A DNA stretch of 63,822 nt, counting the filler, from Candidatus Zhuqueibacterota bacterium (GTDB taxonomy: Bacteria; BS750m-G25), in the NCBI GenBank assembly GCA_016783505.1. It is 4 parts of 4 records of this genome, joined end to end, with 100 filler letters (N's around TTAATTAATTAA, not from the genome) between each part and the next. Parts side by side here need not be neighbours in the genome. Positions count along the whole stretch, not along the records: positions 1 to 16,909 come from JADHWK010000048.1; positions 17,010 to 32,992 come from JADHWK010000049.1; 2 more parts are not named here. The stretch is one strand, 5' to 3'. This document shows, piece after piece, positions 9,383 to 18,872 of the stretch (position 1 is its first letter; every line of letters begins with the position of its first letter). Under the pieces are notes generated by a model, which ran no database searches, was not told where the DNA came from, and was given only the letters and a program-made list of their open reading frames with translations. The translations under genes were made by a program, and so were the position numbers.

Positions 9383-9448
9383 AATATACTGAACAAATGT
9401 TCAATTGTCAAGAGAAAAATGAAAAATATCTATACATTTGTTCAGTAT
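9383..9448 (-). promoter_or_regulatory. Promoter with two LexA-like GAAC-N4-GTTC boxes
   Basis: TTGACA (9411-9406)-17 nt-TATATT (9388-9383). GAAC-AAAT-GTTC at 9391-9402 lies in the spacer, and a second imperfect box sits at 9432-9443. Confidence 0.75.
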
Positions 9449-9491
9449 TAAACCTAAGAGTTTACTCCCCTTACCCTCCTTTAAGCAAAAT

Positions 9492-9521
9492 AAAAAAAGC
9501 CAAACATAATAGCTTGGCTTT
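9492..9521 (-). terminator. Putative intrinsic terminator of the dipeptidase gene
   Basis: AAAGCCAA...TTGGCTTT stem with an A-run on + (U-run on the minus transcript). Confidence 0.6.
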
Positions 9522-9569
9522 CCTTCTCGGTTAGATCTAATGTTTATCTTTACCCGATAAATTCCCTCG

Positions 9570-10943
9570 TTATGACTCCGCCAATTCCTGCAAGAAGTGG
9601 GCTGAGCTTAGGATACCGCGGTAGAAGTTGTCCAGGTCCATCTTTTCGTTAGGGGCGTGGGAGTTCTCGTCGGGAAGGCCGAAACCCATCAGGATACATG
9701 GTTTTCCCAAGATTTCATCAAAGGTGGCCACGATGGGAATGGATCCCCCCTCTCGGATGAAAACAGGACGCTTCTCAAACCCTTTCTCAAGAGCTCGGCC
9801 CGCCGCCTGGATACCGGGGTTGTCCAGGGGAGCTAAGAAGGGGTTCCCCCCGTGATGACGTTGAATGGTTATGGTCACCGTTGGGGGGCAGAGCTTTTTG
9901 ACGTGGGCCTCGAAGCCTTCAGCAATCTTGTCACTGTCCTGGTTTGGAACCAGTCGCATGCTGATCTTGGCCTTGGCTGATGCGGGGATGATCGTTTTCG
10001 CCCCCTCCCCCGTGAATCCCCCCATGATGCCGTTAACGTCCAGGGTGGGCCGCGCCCAAACCCTCTCCAGGGTGGTAAACCCCCTTTCTCCGGAAAGTGA
10101 GGGTACGCCCAATTCTTTCTGGTAGGCGGCCTCATCTAAGGGCAGGGAGGCAAATTCTTTCCGCTCTTGGTCTGTCAGCGGGATGACATCATCGTAAAAA
10201 CCAGGGATGGTAACCCGGCCGTTGTCATCCACGAGGGCGGATATTATTCGGGCCAGTACATTGGCCGGATTGGCCACCGCCCCCCCGAAGGAACCAGAAT
10301 GAAGATCCCGGCTGGGTCCCTTGACCTCAACCTCCATATATGCTAATCCCCGCAGCCCGTAGCAGAGTGAGGGCATCCCGCGACCGAACATGGGGGTATC
10401 AGAAATCAAGATGTAATCTGCTTTTAAACTCTCCCGATGGATCTTAATGAAACCCCTTAAGTTTTCACTTCCAATTTCCTCCTCCCCCTCAATCACTAGT
10501 TTGACATTCACGGGCAGGGAATGCTTTACCCGCAGATAGGCCTCGATGGCCTTGAAATGGGTGTAAAACTGCCCTTTGTCGTCCACCGATCCCCGGGCAT
10601 AGACCTGGCCCTCCCTGACGGTGGGCTCGAACGGGGGGCTTTCCCATTCCTCTATCGGGTCTTCGGGCTGTACGTCGTAATGGCCGTAGATTAAAACGGT
10701 GGGCTTGCCCTCGGCTCCCATCCATTCCCCGGTGACAATGGGATGGCCTTTGGTAGGATGAACACTAACCTTCTTAAGGCCCATTCCCTCCATCCCCTGC
10801 GCTAACGCCCGGGCGCACTGTTCCATATCAGCTTTATGGTCAGGATTGTTGCTCACACTAGGGATCCGTAAAAGTTCAAACAATTCCTGCTCAAACCTTC
10901 CCCGATTCTGAGCGATGAAATTCCGAATCTCTTGCATTTTCAC
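9570..10943 (-). CDS. M20 family dipeptidase (ArgE/DapE-related)
   Basis: YGHYDVQP, ARGSVDDKGQ, EGEEEIGS, DLHSG and HAPNE motifs. Confidence 0.92.
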   Translation of the reverse strand: MKMQEIRNFIAQNRGRFEQELFELLRIPSVSNNPDHKADMEQCARALAQGMEGMGLKKVSVHPTKGHPIVTGEWMGAEGKPTVLIYGHYDVQPEDPIEEWESPPFEPTVREGQVYARGSVDDKGQFYTHFKAIEAYLRVKHSLPVNVKLVIEGEEEIGSENLRGFIKIHRESLKADYILISDTPMFGRGMPSLCYGLRGLAYMEVEVKGPSRDLHSGSFGGAVANPANVLARIISALVDDNGRVTIPGFYDDVIPLTDQERKEFASLPLDEAAYQKELGVPSLSGERGFTTLERVWARPTLDVNGIMGGFTGEGAKTIIPASAKAKISMRLVPNQDSDKIAEGFEAHVKKLCPPTVTITIQRHHGGNPFLAPLDNPGIQAAGRALEKGFEKRPVFIREGGSIPIVATFDEILGKPCILMGFGLPDENSHAPNEKMDLDNFYRGILSSAHFLQELAES

Positions 10944-11084
10944 TCCTTTCGAATTACCCTCTTCCCGGTTTTAGTGGTACTCATTAATAAATCCTAAATT
11001 CTAATGTCGAAATTCGTCCAAATTTACGAAATATAGAGCCGAAGCCTCAACCAATAGCGACTCTCTTTAGTATCTATTATTCAA

Positions 11085-11200
11085 GATTCGGAAAACACTG
11101 AATGACACTGAAATGATTGTTTATTGCTGTTGGAGCCTAGATTTTAACAATTAGCAATCAACAATTCAGTGGTTTCTAGTGTTGAATTTCCGGGTTTGGG
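11085..11200. repeat. Dispersed ~110-130 bp hairpin repeat, copy 2
   Basis: Direct similarity to 8062-8192. Confidence 0.75.
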
Positions 11201-11232
11201 GTTATATTACTTTGGATTTTGTTTTTTGGTCA

Positions 11233-12096
11233 TTAAATTATTATCTGCACCGCCCCAGGGGCAATGGTGATCTCACTGGCGGCCATTCCCGCACCGGGAT
11301 CGCCATCAATTTGAAAAATCTCTAATGGACTCTGCTGTATATTGATCTTACGGGTCTGAAAATAGATTACATCGGACAGGAAGATATGTCTTTTTAAAAG
11401 AACGTTGGCCAAGTAATAGAGGTAACGGCCCAGGGTCCCTTTCTTGAAGATGATCACATCCAAAAACCCATCGTCCACCCGGGCCCGGGGGGCGAGCTGA
11501 AAACGCCCGGCGTAGTGCCGGATGTTGGCCACCACGACAAAACGGCCCCACTCAGAAAATCCGTTACCATTCACTAATATTTTAGGTGGATGAAAGTCGG
11601 GCAGCTTCTGAAGGGCGGTCAGGATGTAGGCCGTCTTGCCGATAAACTTTTTCAGGGTGAGGTTCACCCGGCAGACCACCAGGGCGTCCAGCCCAAACCC
11701 GGCCATCATGGAGAAATAACGGGAGCCGATTTTCCCCAGATCAAAGGGGCGCGGCTGCCCGTGGATGATGCGGTCCGCCGCCTTGATGGGGTTGGAAGGG
11801 ATGCCCAATTCCAGCGCTAGGACATTTCCTGTTCCAAAGGGAAGGATAGCTAAGGAGAGTTTGCTTCCGGCGAGACCGTTCAGGGCCTTATTGATGGTTC
11901 CGTCTCCCCCGGCCACAATAAAGACATCGTAACGGCCCACTGATTGCCGGGCCCACCGCTCGGTATCCCCCCCCTTTTTACTCTCTACCACATCGAGATC
12001 CCATCCGTTTTCCCTGAAAAGCCGGATAACCCTGGACAGGTATCGCCTTATCTTGGCCGGCCGGGAAACGGTGGTGTAGACCAGTTTGGCTTTCAT
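11233..12096 (-). CDS. Diacylglycerol/sphingosine kinase family lipid kinase (YegS/BmrU-like); candidate ceramide kinase
   Basis: GGDGT, PFGTGN.LA, GFGLDA and QIDGD motifs. The N-terminal NPxSG motif is degenerate. The substrate is inferred from context. Confidence 0.85.
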   Translation of the reverse strand: MKAKLVYTTVSRPAKIRRYLSRVIRLFRENGWDLDVVESKKGGDTERWARQSVGRYDVFIVAGGDGTINKALNGLAGSKLSLAILPFGTGNVLALELGIPSNPIKAADRIIHGQPRPFDLGKIGSRYFSMMAGFGLDALVVCRVNLTLKKFIGKTAYILTALQKLPDFHPPKILVNGNGFSEWGRFVVVANIRHYAGRFQLAPRARVDDGFLDVIIFKKGTLGRYLYYLANVLLKRHIFLSDVIYFQTRKINIQQSPLEIFQIDGDPGAGMAASEITIAPGAVQIII

Positions 12097-12100
12097 TTCA

Positions 12101-12686
12101 TTAGATGGACTCCACTTTGGAAGTGGAATCCATCTTTTCACACCCATATTTTTCGTCTATTTTTTGTATAGACATTTCGGTAAATTGTTTTAATTCTTCA
12201 ACAGATGCAAACATTCTTTTAACCAGCGTTTTGTTAGGTAAAGTCCCATTGCCGATCCCAATGTAATCTCGATAACTTGAAAATTCCCAATCTTCGGCTT
12301 CTTTCACCAAATTGCTCCTAACCGGATTTTGATGAATATAGGTCAATAATGTCACTATGTAAGAGTCATCATCAATATGTTTTGCTTTAGTGTGATGTTG
12401 AAACAAACTCCCATGCCTATCAAACTTTTTATTAATTGCTTTGGTATAAGAACTCAGCCAAACTCCTATTCTTGACTTAATCAATTCGATTTTTTCATAT
12501 GTTATGAAGACAAGAGAATGAAAATGGGTAGGCATTAGACAATATCCGATAGTATCAATTAAACTGTCAAAATAATATCGATACTTTCTTAAAAATATAG
12601 TAATAATTCTCTTTAGATTTAAACACAAGCTCATCATTGTTTGAACGATTGTAAAGATGGTAATATTGGTTTGGGTAAATAATCAT
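12101..12686 (-). pseudogene. Frameshifted REP-associated tyrosine transposase (RAYT, Y1 HUH)
   Basis: GGAGG RBS and ATG at 12686 give MIIYPNQYYHLYNRSNN...ENY. The frame shifts near 12595 into YCLMPTHFH...YIHQNPV...WEFSSY. Confidence 0.85.
12103..12134. repeat. REP-like hairpin at the RAYT 3' end
   Basis: GATGGACTCCACTT-TGG-AAGTGGAATCCATC; the first 16 nt are repeated exactly at 12706-12721. Confidence 0.75.
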
Positions 12687-12705
12687 ATACTCCTCCACCC
12701 TCAGC

Positions 12706-12737
12706 AGATGGACTCCACTTTATTAGCGGTGTCCATT
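12706..12737. repeat. REP-like hairpin upstream of the RAYT
   Basis: AGATGGACTCCACTTT followed by AGCGGTGTCCAT, an imperfect palindrome. Confidence 0.7.
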
Positions 12738-12748
12738 TCACATCACAT

Positions 12749-13738
12749 TCATTCCGCCTTCAGCCAGCCGTGTACCAGATACCATTCGGCGGTTTTCTTG
12801 ATCCCAATTCTGATGGAAAACTGGGGTGTGAACCCCAGTTGGTCCTGGGCCTTCTGGCTACTACACAACCAGAAGCGCTCCTTCATCTCTTTGATCTTCT
12901 GTTTGTTTAAAAGAACAGGCTGCCTGGTAAACCACGAATAGGCTTGGGCAAAAAAGGCTACCAACGGAGGGATAAAACGGGGGATAAAAAGTCGGGCAGG
13001 GTCCTTTTCCAGGGCGATGCTGATCTCAAGTCCCATCTGATCCCATGTATGGGGTTTGCCGTCAGTGAGGAAATAGGTCTCCCCCAGGGTGCGATCATCC
13101 TCTAAGATCATAATGAGAAAATTAATCAGATCGTCTATGTAAATCAAGTTAAAATATCGGGGTTCCTCGTCCAGCAAGGGAATGTAGCCCCGGTTGACGA
13201 ATTTGAAGAAGGCGAACACATCCCGTTCCCGGGGGCCGTAGACTATGCCCGGCCTGACAATGGTAGTCTTAGGCCCCAGGGAGGACGTAACCAATTCTTC
13301 TGCCTTAAGCTTGCTTTCTCCATACCAAGTAATAGGCCGGGGTTCTGAATCTTCGGTCAGGGAACTCTCCTTGTCACGGGCAGGACCAGCGGCCGATTGA
13401 CTGCTCAGAAAAACGAACCTCTTCAGGGTAGGATTTTCTTCCAGACAGATCTCAACTATGTTTTGGGTGCCGGAAACGTTGACCAGGTTATAGGTCTCAG
13501 AATTACGGGCTTTGGTTATGCCGGCAACGTGCATCATCGCATCTATCTCCCCCAGTTGACCCTTAAGAGTCTCCTTCCGGGTAATTTCCCCGTAGCGGAA
13601 CTCCAGAGCCAGGTGCTGGATCCAGCGGAGGTTGCTCTGTTCTCTCACCAGACAGACCACCTGATGACCAAGCCCTAACAGCCTCGCTGCCAGATGACTT
13701 CCCACAAAACCGTTGGCGCCGGTGACTAAAATCTTCAT
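12749..13738 (-). CDS. Extended-SDR NAD(P)-dependent epimerase/reductase; candidate ceramide or 3-keto-sphinganine reductase
   Basis: MKILVTGANGFVG Rossmann motif, YGESK (YxxxK) and RPGIVYGP. The specific role is inferred from the operon. Confidence 0.85.
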   Translation of the reverse strand: MKILVTGANGFVGSHLAARLLGLGHQVVCLVREQSNLRWIQHLALEFRYGEITRKETLKGQLGEIDAMMHVAGITKARNSETYNLVNVSGTQNIVEICLEENPTLKRFVFLSSQSAAGPARDKESSLTEDSEPRPITWYGESKLKAEELVTSSLGPKTTIVRPGIVYGPRERDVFAFFKFVNRGYIPLLDEEPRYFNLIYIDDLINFLIMILEDDRTLGETYFLTDGKPHTWDQMGLEISIALEKDPARLFIPRFIPPLVAFFAQAYSWFTRQPVLLNKQKIKEMKERFWLCSSQKAQDQLGFTPQFSIRIGIKKTAEWYLVHGWLKAE

Positions 13739-13864
13739 TGGGGAACCTTTAACACCAAGTCGTATCAAAAAGGGCGAAATTTTTCTCTTGCTGAAGAGTA
13801 GCGGAAGTCCCGAATCATAAGGAACTTCGGCCTTCAAAAAGGTTTCATATGCTATAGTTTACCT

Positions 13865-14266
13865 TTACTCATTGCGGAAAATGATTCTATTTAAAATAAA
13901 CTCTTTTATTTTCTTTGCTATTTTGAAGGCATCTTTTGCTTCCTCTAAAGATGGTTCAAACCAATCGTCAGGATAGCGAACCTCAATAGCGTAATCAGTA
14001 AGTTTATCTGCCTCCTCTTTCAACGCAGAGATTTCTCCGTCTTTCTCTTCGCATTTTGTGATTAATTCACCGATTTCATGGGTCTTGGTAAAGGGAATGT
14101 CGAGGAATACCAAGTATGCCTTCAGGTATTTTTCGACTGCTTGCTGACAATGAAAACAAACACTCTCCGTCACTGCGCTTGAAAATGACAATTCATGTTC
14201 GGCACTTAGCAGGTCCTTTTCTGCCTTATTAATCCAGTTATTTATCAGTTCCTTTTTTGTTTTCAT
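13865..14266 (-). CDS. HEPN domain protein (MNT-HEPN pair)
   Basis: CFHCQQAVEKYLKA, KTHEI and RYP motifs. Confidence 0.9.
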   Translation of the reverse strand: MKTKKELINNWINKAEKDLLSAEHELSFSSAVTESVCFHCQQAVEKYLKAYLVFLDIPFTKTHEIGELITKCEEKDGEISALKEEADKLTDYAIEVRYPDDWFEPSLEEAKDAFKIAKKIKEFILNRIIFRNE

Positions 14267-14573
14267 ATAAGACCTTTCCCTCTTTTACTATGCTTGTAAT
14301 AAATGCCTCTTTTACCCCTTTCCAATCGTCAATTTCTTCCTGGGTATAAACAATAATATCCTTGGGAATATCAGTAACCCCCCACAGATATTTTCTAATT
14401 TCTCTCGCCCTCTTGTATCTTGGTAGGTTGCTACTTTTTACGACTAATAAGTCTAAGTCACTGTCTTTAGTGGGACGACCATATTCGTAAGAACCAAAGA
14501 GAATGACCTTCGCTGGTTTAAACTTACTTACTATTCTTTTGAGAATTTCGTCTAGTTGTTGTTGTGTGATCAT
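14238..14573 (-). CDS. Minimal nucleotidyltransferase (MNT)
   Basis: LFGS...DSDLDL motif; overlaps the HEPN gene. Confidence 0.9.
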   Translation of the reverse strand: MITQQQLDEILKRIVSKFKPAKVILFGSYEYGRPTKDSDLDLLVVKSSNLPRYKRAREIRKYLWGVTDIPKDIIVYTQEEIDDWKGVKEAFITSIVKEGKVLYENKKGTDK

Positions 14574-14585
14574 TTAGCGACCAAC

Positions 14586-15713
14586 CTATTTAGAAGTCAA
14601 CGCATAATCGTAGATACGATAGGTCTTATAGATCCTGGCGCCCATCTTTTCCAGTGCTCGGACCATGGGAAGATTGTCCTCTAAAATCCAGGACATCTCC
14701 CCCCACCAGTATCCCTTGGCGGTTCCGTCCTTAAAGGTCTGATAGTAGAAAATGGAATCAATCCCCTTATGACGATGCTCCTCGATTACACCCATAATAA
14801 TGGTACGAGTCGAGTGAAATTTTTTAACATAGAAATGCCATAGCAGTTTGAAAATTCCTAAGGGGAAAAGCCGCCCGTTGAGCTTGATCAACGCTTCGTT
14901 GACGTTGGGAATGGTCAGGGAAAAACCGACTGGCTTCCCCCCAATCTCTGCAATCAAGGCCAGGTCGGGATCCAGAATCATCTTCATATCCTTGGCCAGT
15001 TTATCGAATTCGTTATCCGTCATGGGAATAGCCCCCCAGTTCTGGCTCCAGGCGGCGTTGTAGATGAGCTTGACCCGCTTGACCTCATTGTCAAAATCCT
15101 TCATTTTGATCTTGCGAACACTAACTCCTGTTCTTTTTTTGATCGCCTCGATAACTTTACCAAACCGTTCCGGGAAGGCTTTATCATCCATATAGTAAGC
15201 ATAGAGATTACGGGCTTTAACAAACCTGTAGCGGTCTATCAGCTCCAGATAATAACGAGGATTATAGGTCATCATCACCACCGGCGGCGAATCAAACCCA
15301 TTTACTAAAAGCCCGCATTCCTCGTTTACTGAAAAATTCATGGGTCCCCGCATGATCTCCATTCCCCGTTCTTTCAGCCAATCCCTGACCGTATCAAAGA
15401 GCTTCTCGGCCACTTGGTAGTCGTTGATGCATTCAAAAAACCCGAAAAACCCCGCCTTCTCGTTGTGCTCCTTGATATGGTTGTCATTTATAATAGCAGC
15501 AATGCGTCCCACCACCCCACCATCCCGTTTAGCCAGAAAAAGCTCAACCTCGGCGTGTTCATGAAAGGGGTGCTTTTTGGGGTTCAGCAAGTTTTTTATC
15601 TCGCTGATAAGGGGGGGAACCCAGTTGGGGTCGCCCTTATAAATCAGCCAAGGAAACTTGATAAACTGATTTAAATCCTTTTTGCTTTTCACACTAACAA
15701 TATTAATAGACAT
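14586..15713 (-). CDS. Double-GNAT N-acyltransferase, bacterial ceramide synthase (bCerS)-like
   Basis: DPNWVPPL, GRIAA, GFFGFFEC, YNPRYY, WGAIP and SWILEDN motifs; directly downstream of spt. Confidence 0.75.
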   Translation of the reverse strand: MSINIVSVKSKKDLNQFIKFPWLIYKGDPNWVPPLISEIKNLLNPKKHPFHEHAEVELFLAKRDGGVVGRIAAIINDNHIKEHNEKAGFFGFFECINDYQVAEKLFDTVRDWLKERGMEIMRGPMNFSVNEECGLLVNGFDSPPVVMMTYNPRYYLELIDRYRFVKARNLYAYYMDDKAFPERFGKVIEAIKKRTGVSVRKIKMKDFDNEVKRVKLIYNAAWSQNWGAIPMTDNEFDKLAKDMKMILDPDLALIAEIGGKPVGFSLTIPNVNEALIKLNGRLFPLGIFKLLWHFYVKKFHSTRTIIMGVIEEHRHKGIDSIFYYQTFKDGTAKGYWWGEMSWILEDNLPMVRALEKMGARIYKTYRIYDYALTSK

Positions 15714-15751
15714 GCTCCCTCCCTACAAAACCTTCCGTCGAAAGGTTAAAA

Positions 15752-16909
15752 TCAATCAATAACGCCCAGTTTCCGGCCCACTTTTTCTATCTTTTCCAGA
15801 GCAGTATCAATCTGATCAAAAGTGTGGGTGGACATCAAGCTAATGCGGATCAGCGTTTCTTTAGGGGGAACGGCCGGGGAGACCACCGGGTTGACGAACA
15901 CCCCCTCATCCTGAAGCATTCGGCACATCTTAAAGACCAAAAGATCATCCCCGATGATCACCGGAATGATGGGTGTCTCTGAGTTCCCTGTGTTAAAGCC
16001 CAGGCCCTTCAGCCCCAGGCGCATCCGTTCCGTATTTGCCCACAGTTTCTCCCTTCGTTCTGGTTCATTTATGATAATATCCAGGGCGGCGATTACAGTA
16101 GCAACTGAAGCTGGGGGGGGTGAAGCACTAAAGATTAACGCCCGGGAAAAGTGTTTCAAGTAGTGGATGACCGGTTCCGATGAGGCGATGAACCCCCCGA
16201 TGGCGGCCAATGACTTACTGAATGTCCCCATCACCAGGTCCACATCATTGTTAAGGTTGAAATGAGAGGCAGTGCCATTCCCCTTCCGGCCCAGAACACC
16301 GATGGCGTGGGCATCGTCTACCATAATTTGGGCTCCGTATTGCTTGGCCAGCCGAACAATATCGGGAAGTCTGGCAATATCTCCCTCCATACTGAAGATT
16401 CCGTCAGTGACGATCAACTTGGAGCGACCATCCAACCCTTTCAGCAGCCTTTCCAGATCCTCCATATTGTTGTGATTGTATTTTCTGTCCTTGGCAAAGG
16501 AAAGCCGGCAGCCGTCAACAATAGAGGCGTGGTTCATGCGATCGCTTAAGATGTACTCTCCTTTGGTCACCAGTGTGGAAAGAACCCCTTGATTGACCTG
16601 AAATCCGGTGGAATACAGAAGAACCTCTTCTTTATCCATAAAGTCGGCTAATTTTTCCTCCAGTTCCACGTGAATGTCCAGCGTCCCGTTAAGAAATCGT
16701 GATCCGGCGCATCCAGTGCCATACTTCTTAACGGCGTTGATGGCGGCCTCTTTGACCTTTGGATGGTTAGTTAAACCAAGATAGGAATTCGATCCCAGCA
16801 TGATGACTTTTTTCCCGTTCATCACCACCTCGGTATCCTGATCGGACTGGATTTCCCGGAAATAGGGATAAATTCCCTGGGCCATTACCTCCCGGGCGGC
16901 GGTGAAATT
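15752..16909 (-). CDS. spt: Serine palmitoyltransferase-like alpha-oxoamine synthase (5' truncated at contig end)
   Basis: [31 protein letters not shown] and PLP-lysine motif GTFSKS. Confidence 0.8.
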   Translation of the reverse strand, partial: NFTAAREVMAQGIYPYFREIQSDQDTEVVMNGKKVIMLGSNSYLGLTNHPKVKEAAINAVKKYGTGCAGSRFLNGTLDIHVELEEKLADFMDKEEVLLYSTGFQVNQGVLSTLVTKGEYILSDRMNHASIVDGCRLSFAKDRKYNHNNMEDLERLLKGLDGRSKLIVTDGIFSMEGDIARLPDIVRLAKQYGAQIMVDDAHAIGVLGRKGNGTASHFNLNNDVDLVMGTFSKSLAAIGGFIASSEPVIHYLKHFSRALIFSASPPPASVATVIAALDIIINEPERREKLWANTERMRLGLKGLGFNTGNSETPIIPVIIGDDLLVFKMCRMLQDEGVFVNPVVSPAVPPKETLIRISLMSTHTFDQIDTALEKIEKVGRKLGVID

Positions 16910-17009
16910 NNNNNNNNNNNNNNNNNNNNNNNNNNNNNNNNNNNNNNNNNNNNTTAATTAATTAANNNNNNNNNNNNNNNNNNNNNNNNNNNNNNNNNNN
17001 NNNNNNNNN
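16910..17009. other. Artificial contig linker
   Basis: N-run, TTAATTAATTAA, N-run. Confidence 0.98.
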
Positions 17010-18246
17010 TAGGGGTGATAATCTGACCCCTGATAAAGGGTTCCTCTATCCGAAAGTGATGACCGGGGTTGGGAAAGGCGGCCGGGCTGTCCACCGAAAG
17101 GGTTTTTCCGTCGGTTGTGGTGGCCCGATAGGCCACGGTGGGTACGGTGTTAATGATGGAAAGTCCGTATTCCCTCTCTAGCCGCTCCTGGACGATCTCC
17201 ATGTGAAGGAGGCCCAGAAACCCACACCGATAGCCGAAACCCAGGGCCACCGAGGTCTCGGGGACAAAGGTAAAAGAGCTATCGTTTAACCTTAAACGTT
17301 CCAGGGAATCCCGAAGTTCCGGATAATCATCGGAGTTGACGGGATAAAGCCCACTGAAGACCATGGGTTTGACCTCCCGGTAGCCGGGGAGGGGTTGGGC
17401 GGCCCGATTCCGGAACATGGTGATGGTATCCCCCACCTTCATATCCCGAACGTCCTTGGCCCCACAGATTAAGTAACCCACCCCACCGGCCTGCAGCCGG
17501 TCCTGTTTGATTCTCTTTAACTTCAATATACCAACTTCATGCGCTTCAAAGATCTTTCCTGATGACATAAAACAGATTTTATCGCCGATTTTCAGCTCAC
17601 CATCAAAGAGCCGGATGAAGGCTACCGCTCCCCGGTAGCTATCGTAGGTTGAGTCAAATATCAGAGCCCGCAAAGGTGCCCTGGAGTCACCCGAGGACGG
17701 AGGAATTTTTTGCACCACCGCCTCTAAGACCTTCTCCACTCCGGTTCCCAGCTTGGCACTAACCAGCAGAACCTCGTCACGGGAACAGCCGGTAAGCTCG
17801 GTCACCTGGGCCAGGGTCGCCTCAATCTGGGCCCCCGGCAGGTCAATCTTATTGATCACCGGGATAATTTTCAGGTCGCTCTCCAGGGCCAGGTAGAAAT
17901 TGCTGATGGTCTGGGCCTCCACCCCCTGGGCGGCGTCCACAACTAAAAGCGCCCCTTCGCAGGCGGCCAGACTGCGGGAGACCTCGTAGGAGAAATCCAC
18001 ATGCCCGGGGGTATCAATAAGATTCAGCACATAATCCTTCCCATCCCGGGCTCTGTAATTCATGGCAATTGCGTGGGCCTTGATAGTGATCCCCCGCTCC
18101 TGCTCCAGATCCATATCGTCCAGGATCTGTTTTTTCATTTCCTCGGGGGGAACGGTCCCCGTTAGCTCCAGCAGCCGATCTGCCAGGGTGGACTTGCCGT
18201 GATCAATGTGGGCGATGATGCAGAAGTTGCGGATGTATTCCGTCAT
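17010..18246 (-). CDS. lepA: Elongation factor 4 (3' truncated at contig end)
   Basis: IRNFCIIAHIDHGKSTLADR, ERGITIK and GFLGLLHMEIVQERLERE. Confidence 0.97.
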
Positions 18247-18514
18247 AGGGTTTACTAAAAATCTGAATACCCCCCATTTTCCAAGTTCATCCGTTGGAGT
18301 TAATCCGTACGGATTTCACCTGCCCGACAGCATGCGGGTAAAAGGCTGACGCTCCGATGGAGTCCGATACTTTGGACTCATACGGAGTTGTCGGACCTTA
18401 ACTCCTTAAAATTCAACAGTTGCTTTAATCCCGAATATTCGGGATTGAAGCATTACAAAAACTTTTGGGTTACACATAGTAGACATCCTTAGTTTTCTGC
18501 CCCCCTTTTTTAAG

Positions 18515-18604
18515 CTGAAGGTAAATGATTCTTTTCCCAAGATCGTTTCCCCCTGGCCGGGCAGGCAAGACCCTTCGGGCCGACAAGGTTCAACCTTGAA
18601 AGAA
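18515..18604. repeat. ~90-bp intergenic repeat, copy 1
   Basis: Nearly identical to 25428-25537, which has a 19-nt insertion. Confidence 0.85.
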
Positions 18605-18728
18605 CATACGGGAAAAATATACGGAAAAAATGGCAAATAAGCAACAGAAAAGGACGGGCTGAAAATCAAATAACGACGTCGTTTTTGCTGATTTTTTTAT
18701 AGATTTTTTTGTTTTTTCCTTTATTTTC

Positions 18729-18757
18729 TTGACTTCTTCCCTAAAATTTTGTATAAT
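18729..18757 (+). promoter_or_regulatory. Sigma70-type promoter
   Basis: TTGACT-17 nt-TATAAT upstream of the gene at 18873. Confidence 0.7.
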
Positions 18758-18872
18758 ATTATTAACAAAAATAATAACCTGAAACAATATCTTCCTGAGT
18801 GCTATACTGCCACCTACAGTATAATCATTTCTTGGGCTTATTATTGTCAATCATCTACTATGAGGTAATAAA

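Noticed and set aside
16910-17009. TTAATTAATTAA palindrome inside N-runs (also at 32993-33092 and 48930-49029)
   Set aside because: An identical all-frame-stop spacer used to join contigs. Adjacencies across it, such as lepA next to spt, carry no biological meaning.
16954-18246. Short LepA, and likewise short spt and PHP genes, as pseudogenes
   Set aside because: All three run into contig ends, so the truncation is an assembly effect.
18255-18405. Hairpin-rich lepA leader as a tRNA or riboswitch
   Set aside because: I see no cloverleaf or known aptamer consensus; it looks like clustered REP-like palindromes. An Rfam scan would settle it.
18590-18850. 86-aa minus-strand ORF
   Set aside because: Low-complexity sequence overlapping the AT-rich promoter of the gene at 18873.
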